Shown here piece after piece: positions 33,108 to 43,006 of a stretch of DNA of 64,000 nucleotides; the stretch's first letter is position 1; each line of letters begins with the position of its first letter. This stretch comes from an uncultured Verrucomicrobiota bacterium (GTDB lineage Bacteria > Verrucomicrobiota > Kiritimatiellia > CAJWTS01): the NCBI GenBank assembly GCA_913047795.1, contig CAJWTS010000011.1:5232-69231 (forward strand), given 5' to 3'. A program made the position numbers and the translations under genes. The notes beneath the pieces were generated by a model, which was not told the DNA's origin, ran no database searches, and saw only the letters and a list, made by a program, of their open reading frames with translations.

Positions 33108-33651
33108 AAGTAATCATATCTAGCAACTCTGCCCTATGCTTTCAACCCCTTTCGGTCCGATTGGGTCCGTCGTTCGATCCCGTGTCGGGCATTTTCCTGT
33201 TCCGCGCGGCTCGGGGAGACAGCTCGCGTGACCGCTCCCGCACGTCAACCGCCTCCGAACGGATCAGGATGCGGAATCAGCGACCTCGGACTCCCGGTAG
33301 AACGGCTGAGTCCATGCGAATTTTTCGCCGCGGCCCCAGCACTCGAATCTGACAAACGAGCGATCCTCAGGGAAGTCGATTTACATGGAATTTTCATCGA
33401 CCTGGCCAATTCGAGTGGAAAAGTCCGATCCGACGTTCTCCTGGATTGAGCAGGTATCGTCGCTGCGTGTTGTGTGCGTATGCAGGTTTCCGCGCAACGA
33501 GGCCCCGCCGTTTAGGTCTTCATAAGGATGAATGATTTTCAACTGTAACCTCCTCGTGTTGAACGTGGTTAATGCGACGGGATCCGTCGCGCGCGGGGTT
33601 TCTACCTGATTCTCTGAAAGAGTAATAGACGTAGCAGCGCGGGGAACCGGG

Positions 33652-35067
33652 CTAACGCCCGGGCCGGTGGAAGTGGTCGCTGCGGCCAAGGAACAGTTCC
33701 GCCGCTTCCATGAGGGTTTCGCTCATGGTGGGGTGGGGATGGATGGTCAGGGCAAGATCCTCGGCCGTGGCACTCATCTCAATCGCCAGTGCGCCCTCGG
33801 CAATGAGTTCGCCCGCTCCGCTACCGACGAGTCCGACGCCGAGCAATCGCTTGCTATCGGGTTCGAATAGCAGCTTTGTCAGGCCCTCGCTGCGGTCCAT
33901 GGCGATCGCGCGTCCGGAAGCGGCCCAGGGGAACGTGACCGCTTTGTAGGCGGCCCCCGAGGCCTTGGCTTCGGACTCGGTCAGGCCGCACCAGGCTATT
34001 TCGGGATTGGTAAAGACCACGGCCGGGATTGCGCGCGGGTCCCAGCGGACCTTCTCGCCGGCAATGACCTCAGCCGCCACGTGCGCTTCGTGGCTGCCCT
34101 TGTGCGCCAGCATGGGATTACCCGCAACGTCGCCCACGGCGTAGACGTTCGGTTCCGCCGTACGGCGCTGGTCGTCCGTGGCGATAAACCCGTTCTCGTC
34201 GAGTGCGACCGACGTGTTCTCAAGGCCGAGTCCCTCGGTATTCGGTTGGCGTCCGACCGAGACCAGGATCTTGTCGAAGACCTGCTCCTCGTCGGGTGCC
34301 TGCTTGCCTTCCATCCGCACCGTGACGCCGGCATCGGACTCGCTCATTTCGGCGACGCTGGTCTCCAGCAATATCCCTTCGAGCCGGTCGCTCAGGCGTT
34401 TGGCGAGGACCGTCACCAAATCGGGATCCGCACCGGTCAACAGGGCGGGCAACATCTCGACAACCGTGACGCGGCTACCGAGCGCGGCGTAGACCGTGGC
34501 AAGTTCGAGGCCGATATAACCTCCTCCGATCACAAGCAGGGTGGGCGGTATGCTTTCCAGTGCGAGGGCCTGGGTGGAATCCATCACGCGTGAGGAGTTC
34601 GGCAGGAGGGCAGGAATAACGCTCGGCCGCGAACCGGTTGCAATTATCGCGCTGTCAAAGGCGAGCGACTGGTCGGCGCCGTCCAGGCGGGTAATGTTAA
34701 GCGTGTGGGCGTCGATAAAGGTGGCCGTGCCCTGTATGTATTCAATCTTGCGGCTCTTCGCCAGGCCGCCCAGGCCGCCCGTTAGGCGGGTGATGACGCC
34801 GTCCTTCCACGCACGAAGTTTCTCGACGTCGATCGTCGGGTCGGAAAATCCGATTCCCCAATCGGATGCGGATCGTGCTTCTTCAACCAATTTTGCCACA
34901 TGCAGGAGCGCCTTGGAGGGGATGCAGCCGCGATAGAGACAGACTCCGCCGGGGTTGGTCTCGGCGTCGACCAGCGTCACCTTCAGTCCGATGTCGGCCG
35001 CGCGGAAGGCGGCAGCATAGCCGGCCGGACCGGCGCCGATGACGGCGAGATGTTTGGGTTCACTCAT
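33652..35067 (-). CDS. lpdA: dihydrolipoyl dehydrogenase (E3)
   Basis: IGAGPAGYAAAF FAD motif, redox disulfide GGVCLYRGCIPSK, ~470 aa. Start placed at MSEPKH (ATG 35067) rather than the longer listed ORF. Confidence 0.85.
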   Translation of the reverse strand: MSEPKHLAVIGAGPAGYAAAFRAADIGLKVTLVDAETNPGGVCLYRGCIPSKALLHVAKLVEEARSASDWGIGFSDPTIDVEKLRAWKDGVITRLTGGLGGLAKSRKIEYIQGTATFIDAHTLNITRLDGADQSLAFDSAIIATGSRPSVIPALLPNSSRVMDSTQALALESIPPTLLVIGGGYIGLELATVYAALGSRVTVVEMLPALLTGADPDLVTVLAKRLSDRLEGILLETSVAEMSESDAGVTVRMEGKQAPDEEQVFDKILVSVGRQPNTEGLGLENTSVALDENGFIATDDQRRTAEPNVYAVGDVAGNPMLAHKGSHEAHVAAEVIAGEKVRWDPRAIPAVVFTNPEIAWCGLTESEAKASGAAYKAVTFPWAASGRAIAMDRSEGLTKLLFEPDSKRLLGVGLVGSGAGELIAEGALAIEMSATAEDLALTIHPHPTMSETLMEAAELFLGRSDHFHRPGR

Positions 35068-35101
35068 GCGTTGCCTGATGGAATGGGAGCGGCCCTGTTG
35101 T

Positions 35102-36400
35102 TCAGCTGTCCAGCGCCAGTAGCATGGGGTTCTGCATCGCCTCGTCGATGAATCGCGTGAATCGCGCTCCGTCGGCGCCATCAATGACGCGGTGATCGTA
35201 GGATAGTGCGAGCGGCATGAAGAGGCGTGGCACGAACGTTCCGTTTTCGTAGACGGGTTCGTGCGCGCCGCGTGCGACGCCGAGGATCGCGACTTCGGGC
35301 CAATTGATGATCGGGGTAAAAGCTGTTCCGCCAATGCCGCCCAGGTTAGAGATCGTAAAGGTCCCGCCCTGCATATCGTCCAGTTTCAATTTTCGATCGC
35401 GGGCCTTTGCCGAAATCTGAGTCAGTTCGATCGAGATTTCGGTGATGCTCTTCTTGTCGACATCACGCAGGACCGGGACCAGGAGACCGTTCTCCGTGTC
35501 GACCGCCACGCCGATGCTGATGTAGTCCTTTAGCACGATCTGTTTGTTGGCGAAATCGACGCTGGAATTGAATTGCGGAAATTCACGGAGGGCAGCCGCG
35601 ACGACCTTGACGAGGATGGCCGTCAGGGTGAGTTTGCCGCCGTCCTCTTCGACGCGCTTCTTGTATTGTTGGCGGAAGGCTTCGACCGACGTGACATCGG
35701 CTTTGTCGAACTGTGTGACGTGCGGAATGACTGACGCATTGTGGGTCATGGCTTCGGCCGTAACGCGTCGGATATTGTTCATGGGTTGCGTCTCGACAAT
35801 GCCCCATTTGGAAAAATCAGGGAGCGGTTTCGCGAGCGGGTTCTGTTGGGTGGGAACAACGGTCGCGCGCGATTGGAGAAGTTGCTTGGAGTGGCGTTTG
35901 ACGTCGTCGGCCGACAGACGCCCGCGGGGCCCGGTGCCGGCAACCGCCGCGATATCGACTCCGATCTCGAAAGCCAGGCGTCGCACGGCGGGCGAGGCGG
36001 GTACGCGGGCGCCGGGTGGCTGTCGCTGTGGCTGTGGCTGTGGCTGTGGCTGTGGCGGGTCCGCGGCTGGTTCAGCGGCGGGAGTTTTCGCTTCATCGTT
36101 TACGGGTGGTGCGTCGGCCTGCGGTTCACTGTCGGCGGGCACATCGGCCGTGATACCGGTTCCGTCGTCGTCCAGCACGAGGAGGACCTGGCCGACGCTC
36201 ACGGTATCGCCTTCGCTGACGAGGACATCCTTGATCGTTCCGGCGACATCGGACGGGACTTCGACGGTCGCCTTGTCGGTCTCGATCTCGACCACGGAGT
36301 CGTCGACCGCAATCGTATCGCCGGGCGCAACGAGCACGCCGACCACCATGCCTTCTTCGATATTCTCGCCCAGCTCGGGAAGTTTCATTTCAGTGGCCAT
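35102..36400 (-). CDS. aceF: dihydrolipoamide acetyltransferase (E2)
   Basis: Lipoyl domain (IETDKATVEVPS), PQ-repeat flexible linker, E3-binding domain, and catalytic domain with DHRVIDGA. Confidence 0.85.
   Translation of the reverse strand: MATEMKLPELGENIEEGMVVGVLVAPGDTIAVDDSVVEIETDKATVEVPSDVAGTIKDVLVSEGDTVSVGQVLLVLDDDGTGITADVPADSEPQADAPPVNDEAKTPAAEPAADPPQPQPQPQPQRQPPGARVPASPAVRRLAFEIGVDIAAVAGTGPRGRLSADDVKRHSKQLLQSRATVVPTQQNPLAKPLPDFSKWGIVETQPMNNIRRVTAEAMTHNASVIPHVTQFDKADVTSVEAFRQQYKKRVEEDGGKLTLTAILVKVVAAALREFPQFNSSVDFANKQIVLKDYISIGVAVDTENGLLVPVLRDVDKKSITEISIELTQISAKARDRKLKLDDMQGGTFTISNLGGIGGTAFTPIINWPEVAILGVARGAHEPVYENGTFVPRLFMPLALSYDHRVIDGADGARFTRFIDEAMQNPMLLALDS
36021..36056. repeat. 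hexanucleotide microsatellite (TGTGGC)6 encoding the (PQ)n E2 linker
   Basis: Six tandem TGTGGC units (one imperfect) read directly. Encodes PQPQPQPQPQ on the minus strand within aceF. Confidence 0.6.
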
Positions 36401-36412
36401 CTTGAATGCCTC

Positions 36413-39073
36413 CTAGGCGCGCATAGGATTCGGTTTTTCGGGATCGATGTCCAGTTTGCGAATGGCATCGGACAGGATCGATTGCTCGACTTTGCCGTCT
36501 TCGTGCAACGCCGTCAGGGTGGCGAGAACAACGAAGCGCGCGTCTACTTCGAAGTATTCACGTAACGCTTCTCGCGTGTCGCTGCGCCCATAACCGTCGG
36601 TGCCAAGCGCGTAGAATCGCCCCGGAATCCATTTTGCGATCTTATCGGAGAGCACCTTCATGTAATCGGATGCGGCGATAAAGACGCCGGACTCGTTTGC
36701 GAGTAACTCGCCCAGGTAGGGGCGTCGCGGTTCGCTAGCGGGATGCAGCATGTTCCATCGATCGCAATCGAGCGCGTCCCGGCGCAGCTCGTTGTAGCTT
36801 GTGACGCTCCAGACATCGGCCGCGACCCCGTACGTTTCCAGTATGCCCTGCGCGTCGAGCACGCATTGCATGATGGCGCCGCTGCCGAGTAGATGTGCCC
36901 GGTGTTTACCCTCGGCGTTTTCGGCCGCCTTGAAGCGGTACATGCCGCGCAGCACACCTTCGCGACAGTCGCCGGGCATCGCGGGCATGTGAATCTTCTC
37001 GTTGCCAAGTGTCAGGTAGTAGATGATGTTTTCCTGTTCTTTATACATGCGCCGGATGCCGTCGCGAATAATCAACGCGACCTCGTAGGCAAAGGAGGGG
37101 TCGTAGCTGACGACGTTTGACATGACGCTGCTGAGCACGTGACTATGCCCGTCCTGGTGCTGTAGCCCTTCGCCGTTCAGCGTCGTTCGGCCGGAGGTCG
37201 CACCGAGCAGAAAGCCGCGGCACATCATGTCGCCGGCGGCCCACATCAGGTCGCCGGTCCGCTGGTAGCCGAACATGGAGTAGTAGATGTAGAAGGGGAT
37301 CATCGGAATCCCGAGTTCCGCGTACGATGATCCGGCCGCGATGAAGGATGACATGGCGCCCGCTTCATTGATGCCTTCTTCGAGAATCTGCCCCGTTGTC
37401 GATTCCTTGTAGTAGCTCAAAGTGTCGGAATCGACGGGTTCATAGAGTTGGCCGACCGAGGAATATATTCCTATCTGACGGAAGAGCGCGTCCAGTCCGA
37501 ACGTACGTGCCTCGTCCGGAATGATGGGTACGATATACTTTGCGATCGGCTTGTATTTCAGCAAACGGCGCAGGATGTCGGCATAGACCTGTGTGGTTGC
37601 GATGTCGCGCTTACCGGAGCTCTCAAAGAGGTTCGAAAAAAGTTCCTCGGGCGGCGTCGAAAGTGATTCGCATTCGACGTGGCGTGACGGCATGCTGCCG
37701 CCGAGGCTCTTGCGGCGGTCGTGGAGATACACCATTTCCGGGCTTTCGGCGGCCGGCAGGTAGAACGGACAGGAACGTAAATCTTGGTCCGAGATGGGAA
37801 TGCCGAATCGTGTGCGAAACTCGCGCAGCTCGTCTTCGTTCAGCTTCTTCTGTTGATGCGTAATGTTCTTGCCTTCGCCGCTCTCTCCCAGTCCGTAGCC
37901 CTTGACGGTCTTGGCCAGGATGACGGTCGGGCTGCCGCTGTGCTCGACCGCATGTTTGTAGGCGGCATAGACCTTGACCGGGTCATGACCGCCCCAGGAA
38001 AGCCGGTTCAATACGTCGTCGGTCAGATGCTCGACCATTTTGAGGAGGCGCGGATCCTTGCCGAAGAAGTGTTCGCGAATATACGCACCGTCTTCGACGA
38101 TATATTTCTGATATTCACCGTCGACGCATTCCTCCATACGGGCTTGCAGCAGGCCGTCTTCATCGGCGGCAAGAAGGGAATCCCAATCGCTGCTCCAGAT
38201 GACCTTGATTACGTTCCAGCCGGCACCGCGGAAGATGCCTTCGAGTTCCTGGATAATCTTGCCGTTTCCACGCACGGGTCCGTCGAGACGTTGCAGGTTG
38301 CAGTTCACGACCCAGATCAGGTTGTCGAGTTTCTCACGACTGGCCAGCCCGATCGCGCCGAGCGCTTCGGGCTCATCCGATTCGCCGTCGCCAATGAAGG
38401 CCCAGACTTTGCCGCCGTTGTCCGCCTTCAGGTCCCGGTTCTCGAGGTAGCGTAGAAAGCGCGCCTGGTAGATGCTCATGATCGGCGCGAGGCCCATCGA
38501 CACCGTGGGGAAACTCCAGAAGTCCGGCATGATGCGCGGGTGCGGATAGGAGGTCAGTCCGCCGTCGGACTCCAGGTCGCGACGAAAGTTCTCGAGCAGC
38601 TTCGTTTCGAGTCGCCCTTCGAGGTAGGCGCGCGCGTAGATTCCCGGCGAGGCATGCCCCTGAAAGTAGATCGAGTCGCCGCCGTAGTCATCCGTGCGGG
38701 CGCGGAAGAAGTGATTGAAGCCGATTTCGTAAAGAGTGGCGCTCGACGCGAAGGTCGAGATGTGACCACCGAGGCTTGAATCCGTGTGATTGGCCCGCAC
38801 GACCATCGCCATAGCGTTCCAGCGGATGATGCTCTTGATTCGCCGCTCGATCTCGCGGTCACCGGGAAAGGCCGGCTGCGTTTCTGGATCGATGGTGTTG
38901 GTATACGGTGTATTCGCCGTGAAGGGAAAGCGGACGCCGGAGTTGTAGGCGTGGACCTGCAGATTCTTTAGCAATTCCTGCGCCCGCTCCGGACCGTCAT
39001 GCTCCAGAACGTAGTCCAGGGAGTCAATCCACTCCCGGGTCTCGATGTCGTCGTGTGTTAATTTATCGGGCAC
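36413..39073 (-). CDS. aceE: pyruvate dehydrogenase E1 component, homodimeric type
   Basis: 886 aa. N-terminal HDDIETREWIDSLDYVLEHDGPERAQELL is typical of AceE, followed by TPP-binding GDG. Confidence 0.9.
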   Translation of the reverse strand: MPDKLTHDDIETREWIDSLDYVLEHDGPERAQELLKNLQVHAYNSGVRFPFTANTPYTNTIDPETQPAFPGDREIERRIKSIIRWNAMAMVVRANHTDSSLGGHISTFASSATLYEIGFNHFFRARTDDYGGDSIYFQGHASPGIYARAYLEGRLETKLLENFRRDLESDGGLTSYPHPRIMPDFWSFPTVSMGLAPIMSIYQARFLRYLENRDLKADNGGKVWAFIGDGESDEPEALGAIGLASREKLDNLIWVVNCNLQRLDGPVRGNGKIIQELEGIFRGAGWNVIKVIWSSDWDSLLAADEDGLLQARMEECVDGEYQKYIVEDGAYIREHFFGKDPRLLKMVEHLTDDVLNRLSWGGHDPVKVYAAYKHAVEHSGSPTVILAKTVKGYGLGESGEGKNITHQQKKLNEDELREFRTRFGIPISDQDLRSCPFYLPAAESPEMVYLHDRRKSLGGSMPSRHVECESLSTPPEELFSNLFESSGKRDIATTQVYADILRRLLKYKPIAKYIVPIIPDEARTFGLDALFRQIGIYSSVGQLYEPVDSDTLSYYKESTTGQILEEGINEAGAMSSFIAAGSSYAELGIPMIPFYIYYSMFGYQRTGDLMWAAGDMMCRGFLLGATSGRTTLNGEGLQHQDGHSHVLSSVMSNVVSYDPSFAYEVALIIRDGIRRMYKEQENIIYYLTLGNEKIHMPAMPGDCREGVLRGMYRFKAAENAEGKHRAHLLGSGAIMQCVLDAQGILETYGVAADVWSVTSYNELRRDALDCDRWNMLHPASEPRRPYLGELLANESGVFIAASDYMKVLSDKIAKWIPGRFYALGTDGYGRSDTREALREYFEVDARFVVLATLTALHEDGKVEQSILSDAIRKLDIDPEKPNPMRA

Positions 39074-39303
39074 GGCGTTCTCGGCATTTTCCCTTTTCGG
39101 AGCCTCACGGGCTAGTGATGGACATCCGCAATTTTGGGATAGGCGTCTGCGCCGAGGTGTCAGCGCGTGTGATCAATCCACCCTCCCAATAGCATATGAC
39201 AGCCTGCGAGCCGTCTCGAAATCAGATTCGCATTGTTGATAAGAGAGCGACGCTTGTCAAGCTGCGCAACGGATCGGGGAAGGGCCGTCGAGATTACGAA
39301 AAT

Positions 39304-40740
39304 CTACGAACCGTTGACGGCCGCGAGCGCTTCCGCCATGAGTTCGCGCGGTCGCGCGAACAGATCATCGACGCTTATTTCGCCGGCATCCACGTTCTTC
39401 AGCAGTTCACGCTGCGCCAGGTAGTCGTTATTCTGGATTCCGGCTTTGCTCTGCAGCATCCGCCAGGACTTGCGGCGTTCGACGGCCAGCAGCACCATCT
39501 GTCGCGACAGCGCCACATGTTTCAGATTTCCCTTCACTTCGTGCGTGATGTAGGCGCCGAAGTCCTCAATGAACGCACGGTGTTTCCGATTGAATACAGA
39601 GCGGTTCACGACATCGTTCTGCGTCACGCGCACCAGTATGTCCTCGAGGTGGACCATGCCCTTGATATCCTCGTCCTTGAGCTTCTTCAGGTGCTTGCGA
39701 AAGCGTGCTTCCGACAGTGCCCAGTGCGCCACGGTGAAGGCGTACTCGGCACCGGATGACTTGTACTTTGTCATCCACCAGTCACGGTTCTGGGACGGGT
39801 TGCCCTTGACGTCGAAAGATTCCTGATAGGTCTCGCCCGATTGCGGTCGGAACACGAACTCCGGTACGCCGCGCGAGTCGCGAATGCCCTGCGCCTGCTG
39901 GGTCGACATATCGTCCGCGACGCCGTGTTCCGGCTGGCAGGTGGTGAAGGCCTGGAAGAACGAGGTCCCGCGGTACTCCAGCCCTTCCAGCATGCATTTG
40001 TACATCTTGGCGGAGTTCGCCATCGAAACCTGGCAGACCATGGGGGAGCCGTGACCCGCGGTCAGGGATTCGGCCACGCTCTTCTTCTCGCAAAGTTTGC
40101 CCTGGCTGAAGCTGCCGAATTGATTCATGTCGAATCCTCCCACCATCAGCGAGGAGTCCGAGTTCTGACCACCGGTGTTCGAATAGACCTGCGTGTCCAT
40201 CATCAGCATGTTGACGTTGGGACGATTCTGCACGATTGCCTTCGATACGTTCTGATAACCGATATCACCAAATGCGCCGTCGCCGCCGACGGCCCAGACC
40301 TTCGGCAGTTCCTTGATCTCCTGCTCGTTCATCGCCGTGTCGGTCATGCGTGTCAGGTCGAAGTAGTCCCCTTCGCCCAGTGTAGGTTCGTCGCCGGAGA
40401 GAAGGAAGTCGCAGAGACGTTCGGGTACAACCGAGCGACGCGCGTGGTGGATGATGAGCGACTCGCCGATCATCCAACTGATCGTGGCGCCGTCTTGAAA
40501 CAGGGAGTTCATCCAGGGGTAGGGATGCGGATTCGACGGTGGCGTTGAACCGTAGACCGAGTTGCAGCCCGTGCTGGCGCCCATAGCCATCACGGCCATG
40601 CCGTTTGCCAATCTTCCGTCGAGCGCCTGCAGTTCACTATGATTAAAGGCATCCTGGCGCATCACGGCACACATGGCATCGACAAGCACGTCGTCCTGAA
40701 ACACACGAGAAAACACTGAAAAACAGTTGGGTAGTGACAT
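39304..40740 (-). CDS. N-terminally truncated pyruvate:ferredoxin oxidoreductase (NifJ/PFOR) C-terminal TPP-binding domains VI-VII; possible gene remnant
   Basis: Contains ASTGCNSVYGSTPPSNPHPYPWMNSLFQDGA and VWAVGGDGAFGDIGYQN...LMMDTQVYSNTGGQ, matching PFOR domain VI. The ~700 N-terminal residues of full-length PFOR (domains I-V) have no coding space upstream, because a plus-strand ECF sigma gene starts 29 bp away. Confidence 0.55.
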   Translation of the reverse strand: MSLPNCFSVFSRVFQDDVLVDAMCAVMRQDAFNHSELQALDGRLANGMAVMAMGASTGCNSVYGSTPPSNPHPYPWMNSLFQDGATISWMIGESLIIHHARRSVVPERLCDFLLSGDEPTLGEGDYFDLTRMTDTAMNEQEIKELPKVWAVGGDGAFGDIGYQNVSKAIVQNRPNVNMLMMDTQVYSNTGGQNSDSSLMVGGFDMNQFGSFSQGKLCEKKSVAESLTAGHGSPMVCQVSMANSAKMYKCMLEGLEYRGTSFFQAFTTCQPEHGVADDMSTQQAQGIRDSRGVPEFVFRPQSGETYQESFDVKGNPSQNRDWWMTKYKSSGAEYAFTVAHWALSEARFRKHLKKLKDEDIKGMVHLEDILVRVTQNDVVNRSVFNRKHRAFIEDFGAYITHEVKGNLKHVALSRQMVLLAVERRKSWRMLQSKAGIQNNDYLAQRELLKNVDAGEISVDDLFARPRELMAEALAAVNGS

Positions 40741-40768
40741 GAGTCATACCCGATTTTGAATGTAGTTT

Positions 40769-41374
40769 ATGAAGGATATGGATCCATTTCTGGAATTGAT
40801 CGAAGAATACCACGACCAGTTTTATCGCTATGTGTATCGAATGGCGTGGGATACGGGAAAAGCTGACGACATCTTTGCCGAAGCCGTACTCGCTGCTTAT
40901 CAGAATCGCGAAAAATTTCAACTGGGCACGAATTTTCGGGCCTGGATGTTTCGCATCCTTACCAACAAGTGTTTTGTTGCAAACCGTGAGACGGCACGTG
41001 CGTTTGATTCGCTTGATGAGAAGGATATCGAGGTCCCTGCGCGCGGCGGTAACGAGGTGTATGAGGCGGCGATCGAGGATCCGGATGCGTTTCTCGGCGC
41101 CTGTGGAGACGAGGTCTACATCGCTATTCGAGCTCTTTCCAGCGCGCAGCGCGCTTGCCTGCTCATGCGCGTCGTCGAAGGATTTTCGTATCAGGAGATC
41201 GCAAATGTATTGGAGATGCCGTTAGGCACCGTGATGACGCACCTGGCTCGCGGTCGCGCGCGATTGCGCAGGGAACTCGCCGCGTATGCCACGGCCGAAG
41301 GGATTGTCAACGAGCCGATTCGGCTGATTGCGCCGGACGACGAAAACAAGGACATAGCCGATCATGGATCGTGA
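40769..41374 (+). CDS. ECF-type RNA polymerase sigma-70 factor
   Basis: Region 2 (FRAWMFRILTNKC) and region 4 (SYQEIANVLEMPLGTVMTHLARGR). Confidence 0.8.
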   Translation: MKDMDPFLELIEEYHDQFYRYVYRMAWDTGKADDIFAEAVLAAYQNREKFQLGTNFRAWMFRILTNKCFVANRETARAFDSLDEKDIEVPARGGNEVYEAAIEDPDAFLGACGDEVYIAIRALSSAQRACLLMRVVEGFSYQEIANVLEMPLGTVMTHLARGRARLRRELAAYATAEGIVNEPIRLIAPDDENKDIADHGS

Positions 41375-42089
41375 CGAATTGAGATCAGCCTATCTGGACG
41401 GCGAACTTTCGGTTGCCGAGGCGCTCGCGTACGAGAAGTCGCTGACAGAACAGGAATGCTCCGGACTCATCGCGGAGCGCAGGTTCGAGGCGTCTTTGGG
41501 GGAGACCATACGCTCCGACATCCGCTGCCCGGATCCGCTCTGGCATCGCGTGAAGGCCCGCATTCGCGATGAACACCGTGTGCGGTTCATAGGCGTCGGT
41601 TGGCGATGGGGTGCCATCGGTGCCGCTGCCACGGCGCTGGTCTTGATCTCGATCATCGTTCCAGAAGCGCTTCGCGGCCAGACGGCCTTTCTCGAGCCGG
41701 TGGCATCCCTCGAGGCGTTGCGACAGGATGCCGATATTCCGGCCGACCTGAATGCCGTGGCACATTTCCTGGCCAGTCACAAAATGGCGTTGACGTTGCG
41801 CATGACGCCCACGATCCGCGAGACCGATTCGCATACGCATCAGGTCACCTTCCTCGGCGCGCGCGAACGCAAGGTTGGCAGTGAGAAGGTCGTGCAGCTC
41901 ATGTATAACTGTTGCGGCACACCCGCCGTGGTCCTGCTGTCCCATCAGAATACAGAGGTGGCCGACCGCATCCTGCGCGCGTCGCGCGAACAGCGTATCC
42001 AGGCGTCGCGCCGGGTTGGACCCTACGTGGTCGGTCTCGTGAGCAAGCATCACGCACCGGTCCTGCTGCGACTCGTGGGCCAGATCTGA
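41364..42089 (+). CDS. putative anti-sigma factor (single TM)
   Basis: Overlaps the sigma gene by 11 bp. N-terminal YLDGEL..E anti-sigma motif and a central TM helix. Confidence 0.5.
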   Translation: MDRDELRSAYLDGELSVAEALAYEKSLTEQECSGLIAERRFEASLGETIRSDIRCPDPLWHRVKARIRDEHRVRFIGVGWRWGAIGAAATALVLISIIVPEALRGQTAFLEPVASLEALRQDADIPADLNAVAHFLASHKMALTLRMTPTIRETDSHTHQVTFLGARERKVGSEKVVQLMYNCCGTPAVVLLSHQNTEVADRILRASREQRIQASRRVGPYVVGLVSKHHAPVLLRLVGQI

Positions 42090-42103
42090 TCCGGGCGGGG
42101 GCG

Positions 42104-43006
42104 CTAAACGGTATCCCACGGTGGGTGCTCAGGCAGCAGTGCTTCGAATCCTTCAATTCGTTCCGCTTCGTACGTCCCGGCGTATGTGCCCGCGAGGAAG
42201 CGGTCGTAAGCCTCCTCATGGAAGCACCGCCATGATTCGTTTTCATTACCCGGGTCGATGGGGTAGAACAAGGCACCCGCACCAACGGCCGCCTTACGAT
42301 CGCCGGGCGCATCGCCGATCATCAGTACCTTGCCTTCGGCGTAGCGGCCTTCGGTCGCCATCAGCAGATGTTCCTGTTTGGTGCCGAGTTCCTGCCCGGC
42401 GATGAGGCGGACCTCGCCGTCGATGGCGTTCTCGTGCCATTCGCGGATTAATGCCTCGGTCGGCGTCTGGGAGACACAGACTGCGTCCGACGTCGCGCGT
42501 ATGCGCGCCAGGCTCTTGCGGGCGTATTCAAACGGCGGAATGCCCTGCGCGGTGTCGGCCACCTTGTGGTTCACCGCGAGGCTCCAATCGTAGAGTGAGG
42601 CCAGCACGTCGCTACCGGTCCGGTCGATATGGCGCCTTAAGCCCTCATTGCTGAGTTCGGCACCGCTGTTCACCATTTGCTGCAGGTCCGTCATGTCCGG
42701 CAACGCAACGCCCGCGGATCGAACCTCGGGTCGGGCCGCAAGGAGGTCAAAGACGCTCAATAGCGCGACAAAGCGATTCACGCCGCGGCCCTTGGAGTAC
42801 AGGTTGACGAAGGATGCCGTCTCGCGTACCAATTCGTCGACCGCTCCGAGATTCCAATGCTGGATGATCAGGGGGTGAAAACAGGCTTTCTGCTTGATCT
42901 CCATCGAGTCGAAGACGCAGCCGTCCGAATCGATTCCAACAAATGTTTCGTGCTCGGGCGTAAAGCTCTGGAGATCTTCCCGTGTGGCGGGCGCGATGTC
43001 ATTCAT
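42104..43006 (-). CDS. HAD-superfamily hydrolase-like protein
   Basis: N-terminal FVGIDSDGCVFDS (DxD motif I) and C-terminal VLMIGDAPGDRKAA (motif IV-like). Confidence 0.5.
   Translation of the reverse strand: MNDIAPATREDLQSFTPEHETFVGIDSDGCVFDSMEIKQKACFHPLIIQHWNLGAVDELVRETASFVNLYSKGRGVNRFVALLSVFDLLAARPEVRSAGVALPDMTDLQQMVNSGAELSNEGLRRHIDRTGSDVLASLYDWSLAVNHKVADTAQGIPPFEYARKSLARIRATSDAVCVSQTPTEALIREWHENAIDGEVRLIAGQELGTKQEHLLMATEGRYAEGKVLMIGDAPGDRKAAVGAGALFYPIDPGNENESWRCFHEEAYDRFLAGTYAGTYEAERIEGFEALLPEHPPWDTV

Noticed and set aside
33140-33210. GTTCGATCC element resembling a tRNA T-loop in the lpd/gltD-like intergenic region
   Set aside because: The flanking bases do not form a T-stem (5' CCGTCG against 3' CCGTGT are not complementary). 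No acceptor stem or CCA context can be built, so it is not a tRNA.
33647-33662. Perfect hairpin CCGGGCTAACGCCCGG at the lpd stop as a rho-independent terminator
   Set aside because: The stem is not followed by a U-tract on the transcribed (minus) strand; TTCCCCGCG follows instead. It is at best a weak structure, so it is not annotated as a terminator.
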